Of a stretch of DNA of 64,000 nt, positions 42,420-56,746 are shown in pieces; position 1 is the first letter of the stretch; every line of letters begins with the position of its first letter. The translations under genes and the position numbers were made by a program. Source of the DNA: Eledone cirrhosa (taxonomy: Eukaryota). Below the pieces are notes generated by a model that worked only from the letters and a program-made list of their open reading frames with translations, was not told where the DNA came from and ran no database searches. Location of the stretch: NCBI GenBank assembly GCA_964016885.1, contig OZ024745.1, positions 100,874,001 through 100,938,000 of the forward strand, in the 5' to 3' direction.

Positions 42420-42982
42420 ATGCCACTCATTGAAATGCACGTGACAGCTAGCATAGTAGATGCGGAAATACATATTACAAAGTATGTCGAATTTCGTACT
42501 GACAAGATAACACATGGTGGAATTGTTTTGTTCATCCGTGAAGATGTCACACCCTTAGTCCTGTTGTCACATTCCAACTCTCTCTGTGACACACACTACG
42601 CATAAAGCAACTCATAATGGTAATCTGTTTCACATATCAACCACCAGAATCCCCTAGTCATGAGGACAAGTTTGGAACTAGTCTCAGAAAGATGGAAGAA
42701 ATACTACTCAAACTGGATCAGATTTTCAAAATACTACTGCTGGCATATTTTAACCTCCCTATGGTCACGTGTCCTGAATGCCACCCCCTCTCAGGGATGA
42801 CAGCACTTGTACAAGGCAGACAGAATCCTTGCTGGACCATAAAAAAAGACTAGTCATGGAACAAATGGTATTTCATCCAAAATGAGGTGAAAATATTCTG
42901 GATCTCTGCTTCACAAATAACACTGCGTTCATCCACAATGTGAAGGTAACATTAACGATTTTCTCGGATCATCACATAGTTT
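42420..42982 (+). pseudogene. CR1/L2-group LINE AP-endonuclease remnant
   Basis: FRTD...HGGIVLFIRED, YQPP, LLAYFNLP, ENILDLCFTN, FSDHHIV across several frames. Confidence 0.75.
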
Positions 42983-43063
42983 AACTAGCAAAATATAGTC
43001 GGCGAAAGACTGTTGATATGCAGCCTACAGTAAGCACTCGGTTTCTATCCATCCTAAGTTTCC

Positions 43064-43158
<95 letters not shown>

Positions 43159-43163
43159 GTGTG

Positions 43164-43227
<64 letters not shown>

Positions 43228-43229
<2 letters not shown>

Positions 43230-43415
43230 AACAAATAAGACCCCGACGGCTGAGCTCAAGCCGTTTCGACGGCTAATTCTCAGAATTAGCCGTCGAAACG
43301 GCTTGAGCTCAGCCGTCGGGGTCTTATTTGTTCCTATTACCCACTCTACTACCCTAAGTATTGAGTACTTTGGTGCGTTGTGGTCCACTTGGTTCCTTAC
43401 CACATTTCCTTCGTT
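43228..43415 (+). mobile_element. PLE-like family B fold-back element
   Basis: Perfect palindrome 43228-43334 (centre 43281) plus about 80-bp tail; TA-flanked. Confidence 0.8.
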
Positions 43416-43421
43416 ATATAT

Positions 43422-43472
<51 letters not shown>

Positions 43473-43846
43473 AAAAATATTAGAAGCCACTAATATTATT
43501 TACATTAGTAACCAAATAAAAATGAATCATGAAACGATTCGTCTTGTTGAGATTCCTGGGCATATTATAACCTTTCCATAGACTGCCGATGCGTAAGCAA
43601 GCGAACTGTTAAATAAACATACTAAATCGCACATTGGTTGGTGTGGAGTACGAAAAATATTAAATAAATAAAACATACTAGGAAGAAATCCGTAAACTGA
43701 TTCCTAACCCAGGCCACGCATGCATGCGCACACATACATGTGGGGGCGCATACACGCAGATACGTTTTAGGTCTTTAAATTGAACAAATGATTTCATTGT
43801 TCATTTTTTAATGTTCCGTCATATTACAACGAACATGTACATGTAA

Positions 43847-43910
43847 AGAGATATTTAATCTTGAGAGATATTTAATCTTAAGAGATATTTAATCTTAATA
43901 GATATTTAAC
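43847..43910. repeat. 17-bp tandem repeat, about 4 units
   Basis: AGAGATATTTAATCTT(A/G). Confidence 0.85.
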
Positions 43911-44303
43911 TTACACGCAAGACAAAAATATGGTCGACTCTAGTATTTGTTTCGTACATATTTTGACGATCGGTGAAGGATATATAAAGAGATGCAAGTA
44001 AAAACAATATAAAGTAATAGCAGCCTTGTTATATACATGTGACTAACAAAAGGTTAGTTACATGTTATGTACATTTAACTAAACACAAATAAAAGATAAC
44101 ATTATATAATAAGTATTGAATCTGTTGATATTTCTCTCTTATAATAATGACTATTATCATTTTACATTAAACAAGAACAGCGGATTTTCAGTGTGTCACC
44201 AAAATGGCTGACTGGATGCTTTTGATTTGTTTCTCAGTTTTATTTGCATTCCTTTCTCTTCTCACTCCTTATCTTTCTATTTCATCTTATATTTCTCATT
44301 CTA

Positions 44304-44339
44304 TTTTCTGATGAATGACTAGTGTCCGAAACGTTAAGA
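44304..44339 (+). ncRNA. Hammerhead motif, older family F copy
   Basis: TTTT-CTGATGA-AT-GAC-TAGT-GTC-C-GAAACGTT-AAGA. Confidence 0.6.
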
Positions 44340-44944
44340 CACATTTTCGATTATTTCAAGCGTTAAACTAATATGTTTCTTCGTTGTACTGTACTAGCAT
44401 GTGTAGTGTGCATGTTTATATTATATGCAAATATACATGCATGTAGGTATGATATGTCAAATAAAATCGTAATTGACAATATGCACAGAAATTGAAGAGA
44501 GACTTAGTTACACTCTCTTCTGTAATCAGTAATCCATGATACATTTAAAAAAGACGATATTATATACAAACTGCATTACGATGAAATGTAATGAAACCTT
44601 ATATAACGATGCAAATATATGGATGCAAATATATGGATGTTTATATAAGCGATGTAATAAGTGTTATGATATAACGGATGCTAACCGGAAGTGTAGACAT
44701 TTGAAAATTTTAAAAGAAGTGAATCTTAAAATAAGCAATCATTATATATATGAATATTTAGGTTTAATCAACAGCTACGAAATTTAGTAAATAAATTATG
44801 TAATATTCATTCATTATTTATTCAAAGTAATCTAACTTATTTTACTAACTGGATAAAAAAATACAATCGGGACGCAGTCCCGCCCCCCGCCCCCACCCTT
44901 ATTATAGTTATGATAGTGTAATGGACCTGTTATTTTTATCTAAA

Positions 44945-45130
44945 GACATTTGTTTCCAATCCCAACCCGCCCGTCCCCTCAATCTATCTTATTTCTCATT
45001 CTTTCTTCTGATGAAGGGCTAGCGTCCGAAACGTTAAGACCCTTTTCCTGCTATATCAAGCGTTAACCTAATATATACCTTCCGTATACTGTACCGTTTG
45101 TGTTGTTATATCTGTTTACCTTTTACATAT
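44945..45130 (+). mobile_element. PLE family F copy with hammerhead at 45004-45039
   Basis: TCTT-CTGATGA-A-GGGC-TAGC-GTCC-GAAACGTT-AAGA; homologous to 4475-4652. Confidence 0.8.
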
Positions 45131-45575
45131 ATCTGTGTGTGTGTGTGTGTGCGTGTGTAATTGTATGAGTGTGCGTGTGTGTGCATGCGGGTATATATAG
45201 ATGGGCATAAAGAGTTCACAGACACACACGTGTATATATACACATACTCACACATAAACTTACAAACAAACCTTTACAAAAATACACAGACACACGCATG
45301 CATACATACACAGAAAACTACAAAAAAAAAATTCACAGACACACGCAGACACACTTCCATCAACGATACACTAACCAAACACACAAAAGCAATAACACAC
45401 AACCACAAAATTCACTCCATCTGCCCCCACACACACAGCAGCTCCCACAATACAACTGGAATCTCCACCGCCGCCACCACCCCGGGTACGCCACCCCCGG
45501 CACAGCGGTCTAGTCACCAGTCCTCTCCAAACTTCTTAACCTATCTTCTTTTCTTTCCAAACAACATTGTGCCAA

Positions 45576-45691
<116 letters not shown>

Positions 45692-45889
45692 CCCCTCTCT
45701 CTCTCTCTCTGAAATTTCCATTTTATGAAGGAAGACTTATGTCTGATACATCGAAGCCCACATTTAATTGTTCAGCATGAAACTAATAAGTTTATCCATC
45801 CCTGCGTTTGTCTTGTCTATTCTTGAGCCACACAAACACACAGACACACGCATATATGAAATATAAATATATATATATGTGTGTGTGCG

Positions 45890-45933
<44 letters not shown>

Positions 45934-45988
45934 CACACAAATATATATATATATACATACACATATATATATATATATATATATACAT

Positions 45989-46024
<36 letters not shown>

Positions 46025-46033
46025 TGTGTGTGT

Positions 46034-46070
<37 letters not shown>

Positions 46071-46659
46071 CCAATAGCCAATAGGAACGTTTTGGAATCT
46101 ATTTCTATCATTATGCACTTGGAACCACTGTGCCAAACATTTACATCCATCAAGTAGTCTTATTTCTATCAAGATATTTATCAATGACAATAACAAACCC
46201 AAACTACAACAACTCTCCACCATTTAACAACAGACAAAAAATAACTGAATAAACTACAACAACAAAAATGTAAGAAACAAACTAGAATAACTATACAAAA
46301 AAAAAACCCAAAAAGTAAAACAAAAAAACAAAAAAAACTGACATTAAGGAAAACTTTTTATCAAATTCGAAAAGTACTGATCGAGCAAGATAAATAGATA
46401 AATAGAGTAACATCTTCCAATCTACTCTGGTCATTTTAGTCCAATGTAATAAGGCAAAATTTGTTCCAATTGAACTGTAACGATTAACTGTTATATGATA
46501 AATAAAACTGAAATAACATGAAAACGAAGAAAGAAAGAAAGAAAGGAGAAAATAGGAAGAACGAAGTAAGTAAAAAGACAGGAAAAGAACAAACAAACAA
46601 AAAAAAAGCAACACAGACAAATAGAGATGAACTGCGAATGGGAGTTATAAAAAGATTTT

Positions 46660-46870
46660 TGGGAGAAAAACCACAAACCCTCCATCTCAATTCTACTTTT
46701 GAAAAGTAGAAGAACTGCGAAACCGGTAAAGGAACCAAATAAATATATATTTTTATAAAAAAAGACTCCAGTTGCATTTTCGATTTCATCTTTTTTCCTT
46801 ATACTTTCACTCGTGTAGGACACCTCGTTTTTTTTTTCATTTTGCAAAAAAACCTCACTTATAACCTGTA
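46660..46870 (+). mobile_element. PLE-like family G 3' end
   Basis: Homologous to 56747-57186; contains GAAAC-CG-GTA. Confidence 0.6.
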
Positions 46871-46884
46871 ATATATATATATAT

Positions 46885-47298
46885 AATTGTAGGAATCGGG
46901 TTGACTGTCCGCTATCCGGGAAATGCCTCTCTAGTAACATTGTCTACAAATGTAGGGCCTACATAGGCTTAACCGCAAATAGATTCAAGCAGCGTCTTTA
47001 CATGCATACCCATTCTTTTCTTAACCGTTTAAGAAGGAATATGACGTCACTTTCAGCTTATATCTGGAGTCTAAAAGACAACGACACCCAATATAAGTTA
47101 CACTGAGAGATCCTAGCAAGGGCTAGATCGTATAACGGAAATAAAAGACCATGTGACCTCTGCGCCGCTGAGGCCCTGGAAATACTCTACGCAAAAGACC
47201 ACATCTTAAACAAAAAATCTGAGGCAATTTCGGCTTGTAAACATAAATTGCACAAAACTTTCCTGTATTACAGCCCCACATTATACCCTAACGGATAG
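46885..47298 (+). pseudogene. PLE GIY-YIG endonuclease remnant (family A, Naiad-like; absent from the ORF track)
   Basis: NCRNRVDCPLSGKCLSSNIVYKC-AYIGLTANRFKQR...TSLSAYIWSLKD...LH*EILARA...CDLCAAE...LNKKSEAISACKH; one TGA at 47104. Confidence 0.88.
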
Positions 47299-47700
47299 TA
47301 CGAACTATACGCGGATATTTTACGTCTTGATGTGGTAGCTAAGTATATGTTATGTTTATACCATTACTTATTTGTATAGGTAAGTATATATTACCTGTAT
47401 GTTTTGTGAAGGTACGTATACTTTCTCGTACGTATATTTGATTGTATATGTTATGGCGTATATATTATATATTCTGGTACATATGCATTTGGTTATGTGT
47501 ATACGCCAGTTTTGCGCCTGTGTGAGTATGCGGGTTCGTACGTATGTAGGGTGTGTGTATATGTGTACTTTGTGTTTTGGTTGACGTACGTCTCCGAACA
47601 TATGTGTATTTACATGTAGGTATGTGTGTGCGCGCGTTATATACGTATTTATTTATTTATATACGTTTATTTAATTATATGTATATACACACACACACAT

Positions 47701-47732
<32 letters not shown>

Positions 47733-48222
47733 TTATATATATTTGATGTGTATTTGGTGTATACATTCGTATGTATGCGGGTACAGGCGTTGCGTGGGTT
47801 CTGTATGTGTGTGCGGGTTTTTTTGTGTACGTGCTTGAATTTGTATACCTATGGCGAGTGTTTTCGCGTATGCTTGTGTATGTACGTATGTGGATGCGTG
47901 TATGTATTTATTTAATTTCAATTACCTCTGTATTTTAATTACTTTATTCTTAACTCTGAAGCCGATAATCATTCGGTTTCCTAGTTAGAATTTTAGTCTA
48001 CGACTTCAGTTATACCATTTACGTGGTTTTGTCTTTGCGTGTAATTGTTTTTCACCGCTCCAAATGATGACGTATTATCTTCGTTTTTTTTTTCGTCTTT
48101 GCCAGGGAACGTTTCCACGAACCAAAGTATCGTCTTCCTGTGTTCCTCCGGTTGCAACGTTTTTTGAAATATTTACTTCTGCGTTCACAGATTGACTTTT
48201 TTAGTTTAAGAAGATCCCGTTA
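46885..48222 (+). mobile_element. PLE family A, 5'-truncated, TA-flanked
   Basis: Endonuclease plus a long 3' region homologous to the reverse complement of 58240-59080. Confidence 0.8.
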
Positions 48223-48297
48223 TATATATATATATTAAGTATTAAATTAACAATGAAAATAAAAACAACAAAGCCTACTTTATCTATTCATATCATT

Positions 48298-48392
48298 GTT
48301 TTACGACCGTTTCGGAGGATCGATCATATTGACATATTTTCTGTATACTATCAGACCTCATATATAGGTTCGATCAGACCGTCTTCTTCGGA

Positions 48393-48395
<3 letters not shown>
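48298..48395 (-). ncRNA. Degenerate hammerhead motif in a TA-flanked fragment (48236-48395)
   Basis: GTTT-CCGAAGA...long stem II...GAAAC-GGTC-GTA-AAAC. Confidence 0.45.
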
Positions 48396-48442
<47 letters not shown>

Positions 48443-48694
48443 TATTTTTTATTATTTATAACAGATTCAAGATTAAGCAAAGAATCACTGCTTTCACCCT
48501 TAACGGGATCTTCTGACTCTAGGGTTCTTATATATTTGATATATATTTATCCTTATCGAGCCCTCTTTAGATTTTAGTCTTCACATTTATTATTATTACT
48601 ATATATATACATATATATACTGCATATATATATATATATATGTGTGTGTGTATATATATATATATGTATGTATATATATATATGTATGTGTATA

Positions 48695-48773
<79 letters not shown>

Positions 48774-48774
48774 T

Positions 48775-48814
<40 letters not shown>

Positions 48815-48864
48815 TATATAAATATATATATATGTATATATATATATATGTGTGTGTATATATG

Positions 48865-48900
<36 letters not shown>

Positions 48901-49372
48901 TATATAATATCTATATATATATATATACATACACATATATATACATATACATACATTAACGCACACAAGTGTGTGTGCGTGTGTCTGTGTGTGTAAGGAG
49001 ATGACAGATGTCAAAGATATAAAATAGAATTTAAAAAAAAATAAAGTAAGAAAAAAGTATAGGGAGTAAAAAATATCAACATATTTTAGGGAGTATGTTT
49101 GTGTAAATTCTAATGAAAATAATTGCCAAAACTGTACTATTGCAAGTCGTCATAGCCCCACACCCCACCACACCACACCGCACCCCACACCACACCACCA
49201 CCACAGTGTTGGTGGTGTGATAAAGTCAACGATTCGAGTATTTCCTGGAACGTTCTGGATGGTTTAACTTGCTGTTGCACCTGTTTCGTTGACGAAGATC
49301 GTGTAATCTTCACGCTACACGTTCTATGCTTATATATATATATGCGTGTGTGTGTTTGTGTGTGTGTGTGTG

Positions 49373-49639
49373 TACAGGGTTCCCCCCTCAAATTTGTATA
49401 CACACTTCAACAGTATTCTAATAAAATGTATACATTTTTGGAGGACACCCTGTATATGTGTGTATGTGTGCGTGCATATGTATATATATATATATATATA
49501 TGGGGGGGGGGGGGGGATGTGCGTGCATATGTATGTGTGTGTGTGTGTGTGTGTGTGTACAGGGTTCCCCCCTCAAATTTGTATACACACTTCAACAGTA
49601 TTCTAATAAAATGTATACATTTTTGGAGGACACCCTGTA
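49373..49639. mobile_element. Two identical 82-bp Tc1-type MITEs (49373-49454, 49558-49639)
   Basis: TA-CAGGGT...ACCCTG-TA, inside an about 185-bp tandem duplication. Confidence 0.75.
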
Positions 49640-49660
49640 TATGTGTGTATGTGTGCGTGC

Positions 49661-49696
<36 letters not shown>

Positions 49697-49728
49697 GGGG
49701 GAATGTGCGTGCATATGTATGTGTGTGT

Positions 49729-49776
<48 letters not shown>

Positions 49777-49886
49777 TAGTGTAAAACCAGTATCAAACTA
49801 GTTAGATAAATATTCAACAGAGTAATCGATAGTTGGGATACCCGACGGCTGAGCTCTTGCCATTTTGACAGCTATATATATATATA

Positions 49887-50208
49887 GGATAACAAATTAT
49901 CGTTATAGGTAATCCAGTTAGAGATTGTGAGTACTCTGTATTGTGGATAGTTCTAACGTACGGCGTTGTTTGACACAACAAGGGGTTTCCTTAGTTAGGT
50001 GGTGAATTCCCCGGAATTTCTATGCAGGTTAATCTTGGAGTAATAATAGTGAAAGAGTGAAGAATAACATGGTCGACAGTACAAAAAGGATTTTATTTAC
50101 AGTATTAACAATTGTTTCATTGATTAGGATATCTAAAGATTGCTAATCACTTGAAGTTGTGTCACTCAATCTTAAATACAGTGTATGCCTAATCAAATCA
50201 TCGGAATA
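49887..50208 (-). mobile_element. PLE-like family E 3' end
   Basis: Homologous to 24463-24778. Confidence 0.7.
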
Positions 50209-50299
50209 TCTGACAAAATTACACTCGATATTTGTATTTATATTACGGAGAATTCAAATAACAACAGGCAACCAGGCAACCCAATACAAACTGTCCCCA

Positions 50300-50383
<84 letters not shown>

Positions 50384-50392
50384 ACTCACCCC

Positions 50393-50444
<52 letters not shown>

Positions 50445-50546
50445 GGGCGACCGGCTGAGGTTGAAGGAACAGAATAGCGGTCGCCCTCGGGTCTCGATTT
50501 TCAGCCCCATGGATTTTACCTATTAAATTCACGTATTATATTTCGA

Positions 50547-50604
50547 ATACCTGATGATATCACCGGATTCATACGGAACCCGGTCATTGAAATGATCATA
50601 GTAT
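50547..50604 (+). ncRNA. Type I hammerhead motif in a microsatellite-flanked insert (about 50444-50795)
   Basis: ATAC-CTGATGA-T-ATC-ACCGG...CCGGT-CAT-T-GAAA-TGATCA-TA-GTAT. Confidence 0.75.
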
Positions 50605-50795
50605 AATCCTTTCAAGGATTTACACAAATCCAGCCTCCTGTCATTTCATTATAATATTTAACTCCGTAATAGCACCACCAACTACAAAAACAAAGACGGT
50701 TGAACTGCTTTACGTTGAGTACTCTCTATATTATTGCATTACGATTGACCATACGGAATAGACCAGCTCTATACAGTGGTGAACCTCAAACCTAA

Positions 50796-50846
<51 letters not shown>

Positions 50847-51574
50847 GGTTTTGTTTATCCCTACACGTTTGTAACATGTAAGTGTATGTTTCACTATTGT
50901 ATGGACACGTGATGACAAAAACATAGAACAATATCATCTCATGAGTTCATTAGATAAATATCTTATTGTAAATATATTTCTTTAAAATTCACAAATTCAC
51001 TAAAAGTATCTCAAGTGTGTTTCCAATTGGTTTACAAATACGCAACAATTGTTGCGTAGAAAATACACAACAATTTTACATTTTTTTGTCAGATCTAAAC
51101 TTAGGAAGGCATTTATGCCTTCCATATATAAATTTCTGCAATTCTGTCACAACACGTAAAGAGAGAGTAGTTTGACTACCTCATACCACTCCTCTTTTTT
51201 TACGTTTGCTGCCTGCGTGAATGTATGTGTGTGTAAAGGGAAGGAAAGGGATGGTGAAAAAACTACGCTGTGTGAGTGTATGTGTATGTCAGTGTTTGTG
51301 TAAATGTATGTGTACGTTTTTGTGTGAATGCATATGAGTGTTTGTGTGAATGTATATATGAGTTTGTGTGAATGTATGTCGGTGAGTGTGTATTTTTGTA
51401 ATTGTGTCTGTGTTTCCGTGTTTATATTTATATACTCATACATATAAATGTATGCATATGCACATACACAAACGCGCACACATATACACATGTGTGTCAG
51501 CGTATGGAAAAAAATTATTGTATTGTTAAAAAATATGATAGCGTGTACCAAGCCATGAAGTTCGTCAGGCCAGT

Positions 51575-51808
51575 GTTTATCCCCGGTTTCATTTTTCATC
51601 AGCGTTAAGCAACTGAGATTACAAGAACCCCCGCCAATCTATCGCAGAGTTAAACCCTAGCAACCTCTGGAACTCATTTTCAGTGGAGTGTATTGGAGCA
51701 ACGTGAGACGGAGTGTTTCACTCAAGAACACAATGCGCAGAAATACAGAAATTCGAACTCACGTCATTATGAACATAAGTCCAACACCTTCACCACAAGG
51801 ACACGCAT
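51575..51808 (-). mobile_element. Old SINE family 2
   Basis: TGGAGCAACGTGAG...CTCAAGAACACAA...TTCGAACTC. Confidence 0.65.
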
Positions 51809-52100
51809 TTTCATTTGATGGTGTTGTTAAATTTTAATGTGTCTTTTCTTATGATTTAATATACAATCTATTTAACACCTCATATCTTTGATCAATTTTT
51901 AAAAATTTGTTTGGGTGTGTCGTTGTGCGGGGGGGGGGGGGTTATATAGCATATTGGAGTCCTTATTTCATGACAGATGGTGTTTATCATGGAACGAACG
52001 GACCTTCCCAATATAAATACATGTGTACATATAGACATGCATGTATATAAACCATCTGTATTTCTATTGCCAGCATGATAGTAAATATAACTGTGTGTGG

Positions 52101-52143
<43 letters not shown>

Positions 52144-52315
52144 TTAGCACACATACACAACGACATATATACATATATAACCATGATAAATCCAACCACG
52201 TACATGTAATTACGTCGGTATATAAATACATGAAAAAATATATAATATACATGTATAACATAGTCGCGTACATGTCATATCTCCATACACATGAATGCAC
52301 ATATACACGCACGCA

Positions 52316-52419
<104 letters not shown>

Positions 52420-54554
52420 TATGTGTGTGTGTTTGTGTGTGTGTGTAAAATATATATGCAGATGTGAAACCACAGGCGCCTTGGAAGAGATTTGGCTCCC
52501 AGATGTATATAACTTAGAAACCTACAAAATGTGTAGATACGCCTTGAAATCCATGAACCAGATCCCCCATCAAAAGCAACTAGCTCTATTGCATGAATAT
52601 ATCATGATAGCTGTGGCAGTTGAATATGTAAATAACCTCACACAATATTCAGAACACTGCCTTGAAAGTAGAAAGTCATTTATCACTTCCATAAGATTCT
52701 ATAAACGGGCTGGTTCAAAATGCCGTGTTCGTCCAGGATGCCGTCAATCAAATTGAATGGGAGGTTTTGATAAACGAATGACTTATGATGTCTTACCTCT
52801 TGCTGAAGTTCACTTCAAGGTTACTGTTGTCATGAGATATTTTAAAGTTTGCATTTGTGACTTATTTACCCATAATTTAGTAGTCATTCATTTTTAGGCT
52901 TGCAGCATTTTTTTTTTTTTTTTCAGATAAGCCATCCGTAACCCTTATCTAGATAAATGTGATCATTTAATGGCATTTCATCAAATAAATGAGTAAGATA
53001 TGAACGATAAAATATTTCTTAGCCCTAAAATATCTCTAAAATTGCTATTATTGAAATCTGTTTCGAGAAATATCAGTTCTACGAATGAATTCAAAGAATG
53101 AGCGGGTGGGTCATACGTTTATTTAAATTAAAGTATATAAACATTTCAATATGTACTCAATACATTACTCAACAGAAGTCTTAATTTTATAACTGAAGAA
53201 AGATCATTAGAATAATTTTATTTAGGACAACTACCATATTGTCTCTTTAATGTGATGTTTCATAAATAGTGTTCTTAAAACGAAGTCCCAAAGAGTAGAA
53301 GAGAAATAGTTCTAGCCCGTTGATAAATTAGATTTGAAGGAAATCTTTGTAAAAGAAAGAGAAAAAAAGAAACAGAAATGCAGTACTCGTTGACCATCAC
53401 AGTAAAAGTGTTTAAAAAATCGAGCAATCAGCAGGAGAATCTTCTCCGTGGCTGCTTTAATTACGTAGTGAACAAGGAAAGAACATATTGGATGGTATAG
53501 TCCTAGATAACCTCAAAGAGCAAGGATCGTCTTCATAGGAGTGCCAATGCTTTTGATTATACGTTGCGCTATCAATGATAGCCTAAGGCAATACCAAGAC
53601 CATGATATATTTAAGAAGATACTGGAAATACATCGAGAGAAAGTATTATATCGTGGATACGGTTTTTGAACCATTTTCTGTCATGGAAAGCTTAAAAAAC
53701 AACGACATATGAGTATTTTGTTAATATTGTGAGTGAATTTATCTTGATAGTTGGCTCAGAATCCATAATATATCTGTTCAAATTTTACCCTACATGCTAC
53801 TCAAATGCACTATTAACCTATCTTGAAAATTGTCTTTGTTCATTTTGGAGTCAGGTAGTATTTTAACGTCAATCTGAAAATTCGCCGCTGAAACATTTCT
53901 CATCTTTATTCAATCCTAATTTTAAAATATTCTGTTTCAAACAGATTTATTCATCTAACCTCAACTGGTGTGATTATCGTGAAATATAAGCACTAAATGA
54001 GCTCTAAATGACCTCCAAAATGTTATAATGGCTGTTATAGTATTTCGAAAGCTATTACTGGACTTATTTTTCTCAAGTATTCTTAGGGAAGAAAGTATTT
54101 ATCTGTTTGCAATATGAGCAAGTCTGAAATAATAAACAGCGAGTAGTAATTACTGAATAATACAGAGCAAGTTGCCCTTTCATTTCCGTGCATATTGGTA
54201 TTTCTGCCAATCAAATAGTACAATATGCTTGACATATGTAACACAAACATCTTTTCAATTTCTTATTTACTTCTTCACACGCCGTAACTAAGTATGTTTT
54301 ATATTGTATGTGAAATAAATATGCTTTGTACAACACCACATATTAAATAAATATTCAGAAAACGGGTGAGCCTCATAGTAGTTGCTCGAACTACTAGAAA
54401 TAGCAGCTAAATGTCACTCAAATCATATACCGTCTTCACTTAGGAAAATTACGTTGGATAATGTACTCCCTGATATTCAAAAAGACAAGATAAACGCAGC
54501 TTGAACGACTCAGACTATAGATCTACTTAATCAAGTCTGGCTTGAAATTAAATA

Positions 54555-54896
54555 ATTGTTTCTACTTTAGGCACAAGGCCAGCAATTACCCAGTGCATTA
54601 CTGGTACTTTATTTTATCGACCCCGTAAGGATGAAAGGCAAAGTCAACCTCGGCGGGATTTGAACTCAGATCGTAAAGGGACGTAACTATGCTGGATGAT
54701 TTCTAGTAGAGGCACAAGGTCAGTAATTTCTTTTTTGAAGGGGGGGGGGGGGGGCGGGGGTCGATTTAATCGACCCCAGTACGTTACTGATACTTTATTT
54801 TATCGATCCCGTAAGGATGAAAAGCAAAGATAACCGCGGCGGGATTTGAACTCAGACCGTAAAGGGACGTAACTCTATGGTGTCCGACCCTCTACC
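54555..54896 (-). mobile_element. SINE family 1 dimer (short 54555-54693, long 54698-54896)
   Basis: Flanked by 16-bp CTTGAAATTAAATAAT. Confidence 0.88.
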
Positions 54897-55274
54897 TTGA
54901 CTTGAAATTAAATAATAACAACAATACTGTTAAGAGAATCAAAACGTTTAGACGTCATAAATGGTTACCAGAGATGTAAACTGAAGAATTTGCAGGAAAT
55001 ATAATGGTTTTGATAATGGCTTTTGTGAAAATAGTTTTTGGCAAAATTGCTGTTATTGAAATACGTAGCTTTGAACAGATTGCACATTCCATTTATGAAA
55101 TAGCTATGTTCTGGTTGGTAATTGGTTTCAATGAATAGTTTTGAAGACTTTAATTAGAAATGGTCATTTTATAAATTATTTGGAATGCAAACATTACACG
55201 TAATAAAAACCAGAGAGAGAAAAGTAAGGGGCTGAGAGAACTCATATATAAAGTCATTAATTATTAAACTTGGA

Positions 55275-55465
55275 AGGTGGTGGATTGGCAGTATCGGTAG
55301 AGAGTCTAATGCTATACTTTGCAGCAAAGAGTTACGGCCCTTTATGGTCTGAGTTCAAATACCACCGAGGTTAACTTTGCCTCTCATCCTTACGAGGTCG
55401 ATAAAATAAAGTACCAGTAATACACTGGGATGATTGCTGGCCTTGTGCAAAAAGTAGAAATCATT
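55275..55465 (+). mobile_element. SINE family 1
   Basis: TSD (TC)ATTAATTATTAAACTTGG. Confidence 0.9.
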
Positions 55466-56658
55466 AATTATTAAACTTGGCTGCAAGAATATTAATAAAG
55501 ATATAGATGGATTGTTTGGGAAGGATAATTGTCTGGATTTACAATACATCCTCATCTATGATTCTCCATCCCCTATTTCCTCTTTGTTCTCTCCTTGTTC
55601 TCCCCCCACCCTCTCTCTCTCTCTGTTTTCCTCTCTATCGTTCTTACGATTTCTTCCTCCCTATACCCTATGTTCTATCTATTTGTATTTCAGCTTCACA
55701 AGCCAATCACATTCTTCTGATGAACGCCTAAAATTTCAAATTTTTCAATTATTTCAGCGTACACTTTGTACACTTTACATGTTAATTCTGTATATTTGGT
55801 TAGAGTCGTAATGTTTTTATGTATTTATTTCTGTTTTCGTTGAAAGATGCTCGTAAATTTTCCTGTTCATTCTTTGTTTTGATATCTCCTATGCATCTTA
55901 CCAACATAGTGGTTCTCCAATCTGTTGTGCAAACTGGTATTATAAGTGCAATAACAGCTTAATCCTCGCAGTTGTACGCCAGCAAGGTGACTGGCGATGT
56001 AGAGATACAGCTGTCTATTCATCTTATGAAAATATGAGCATTTTATCTCCTGATGCTGCGTATATATAACACTAACACGCCTCAATTTCTCGGTAAACAG
56101 CTATGTTTTTATATACGTGGTGCTCTCTCGCTCTCTCTCTGTTTTTTCATTAATTCCACTTTTTCTGTTTCTCTCAAGCTCGTCTTCTTCCTCTCTCTCG
56201 ACACTGTAACACATTCCTTTATCTTTTATCTCTCTCTTTTGGGAGATAGCACACCTCAATTAATTAAGTTCCGTAAAACGTCCACATTCTTCTGACAAAA
56301 GTCTAAATTTTTCACTCTTTCCAGCGTTAAAATATTGTACATTATACACGCTCAGTTTAGTCGTAATTTTTTATGTATGCATCTATTTGTGGAAAGACAC
56401 CCGTAAATTTTCCAGTCCATTCTTTGTTTTGTTATAGTGTGTAGTTTCTGCTGGTACTATATATATTTTGTGTGTGTGGGGGGGGGGGGGGGGGGGGGTA
56501 AATAGTCAAAATAAATAAATAGGTAAGTATGCTTATATATATGTGTGTGTATGTGTGCATACACATATATATATAAACATAAATATATGCGTATATATTT
56601 TCTTATATATATACATGTATATATATACATACATCTATATACATGCATTTATATACAC

Positions 56659-56741
<83 letters not shown>

Positions 56742-56746
56742 TATTA

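Noticed and set aside
43228-43334. Hairpins as rho-independent terminators, pre-miRNAs or true MITEs
   Set aside because: They are multi-copy and asymmetric (unpaired tail) and carry a hammerhead half; PLE fold-backs explain them better.
47104-47106. In-frame TGA as selenocysteine in the PLE endonuclease
   Set aside because: It aligns with Trp in the 7.2-kb paralogue (HWDIV against H*EIL), so TGG to TGA decay is simpler; no SECIS was identified.
52460-52756. EEIWLPDVY resembling the Cys-loop receptor WxPD motif
   Set aside because: No Cys-loop or other family motif follows and the splice context is unconvincing; BLASTX would settle it.
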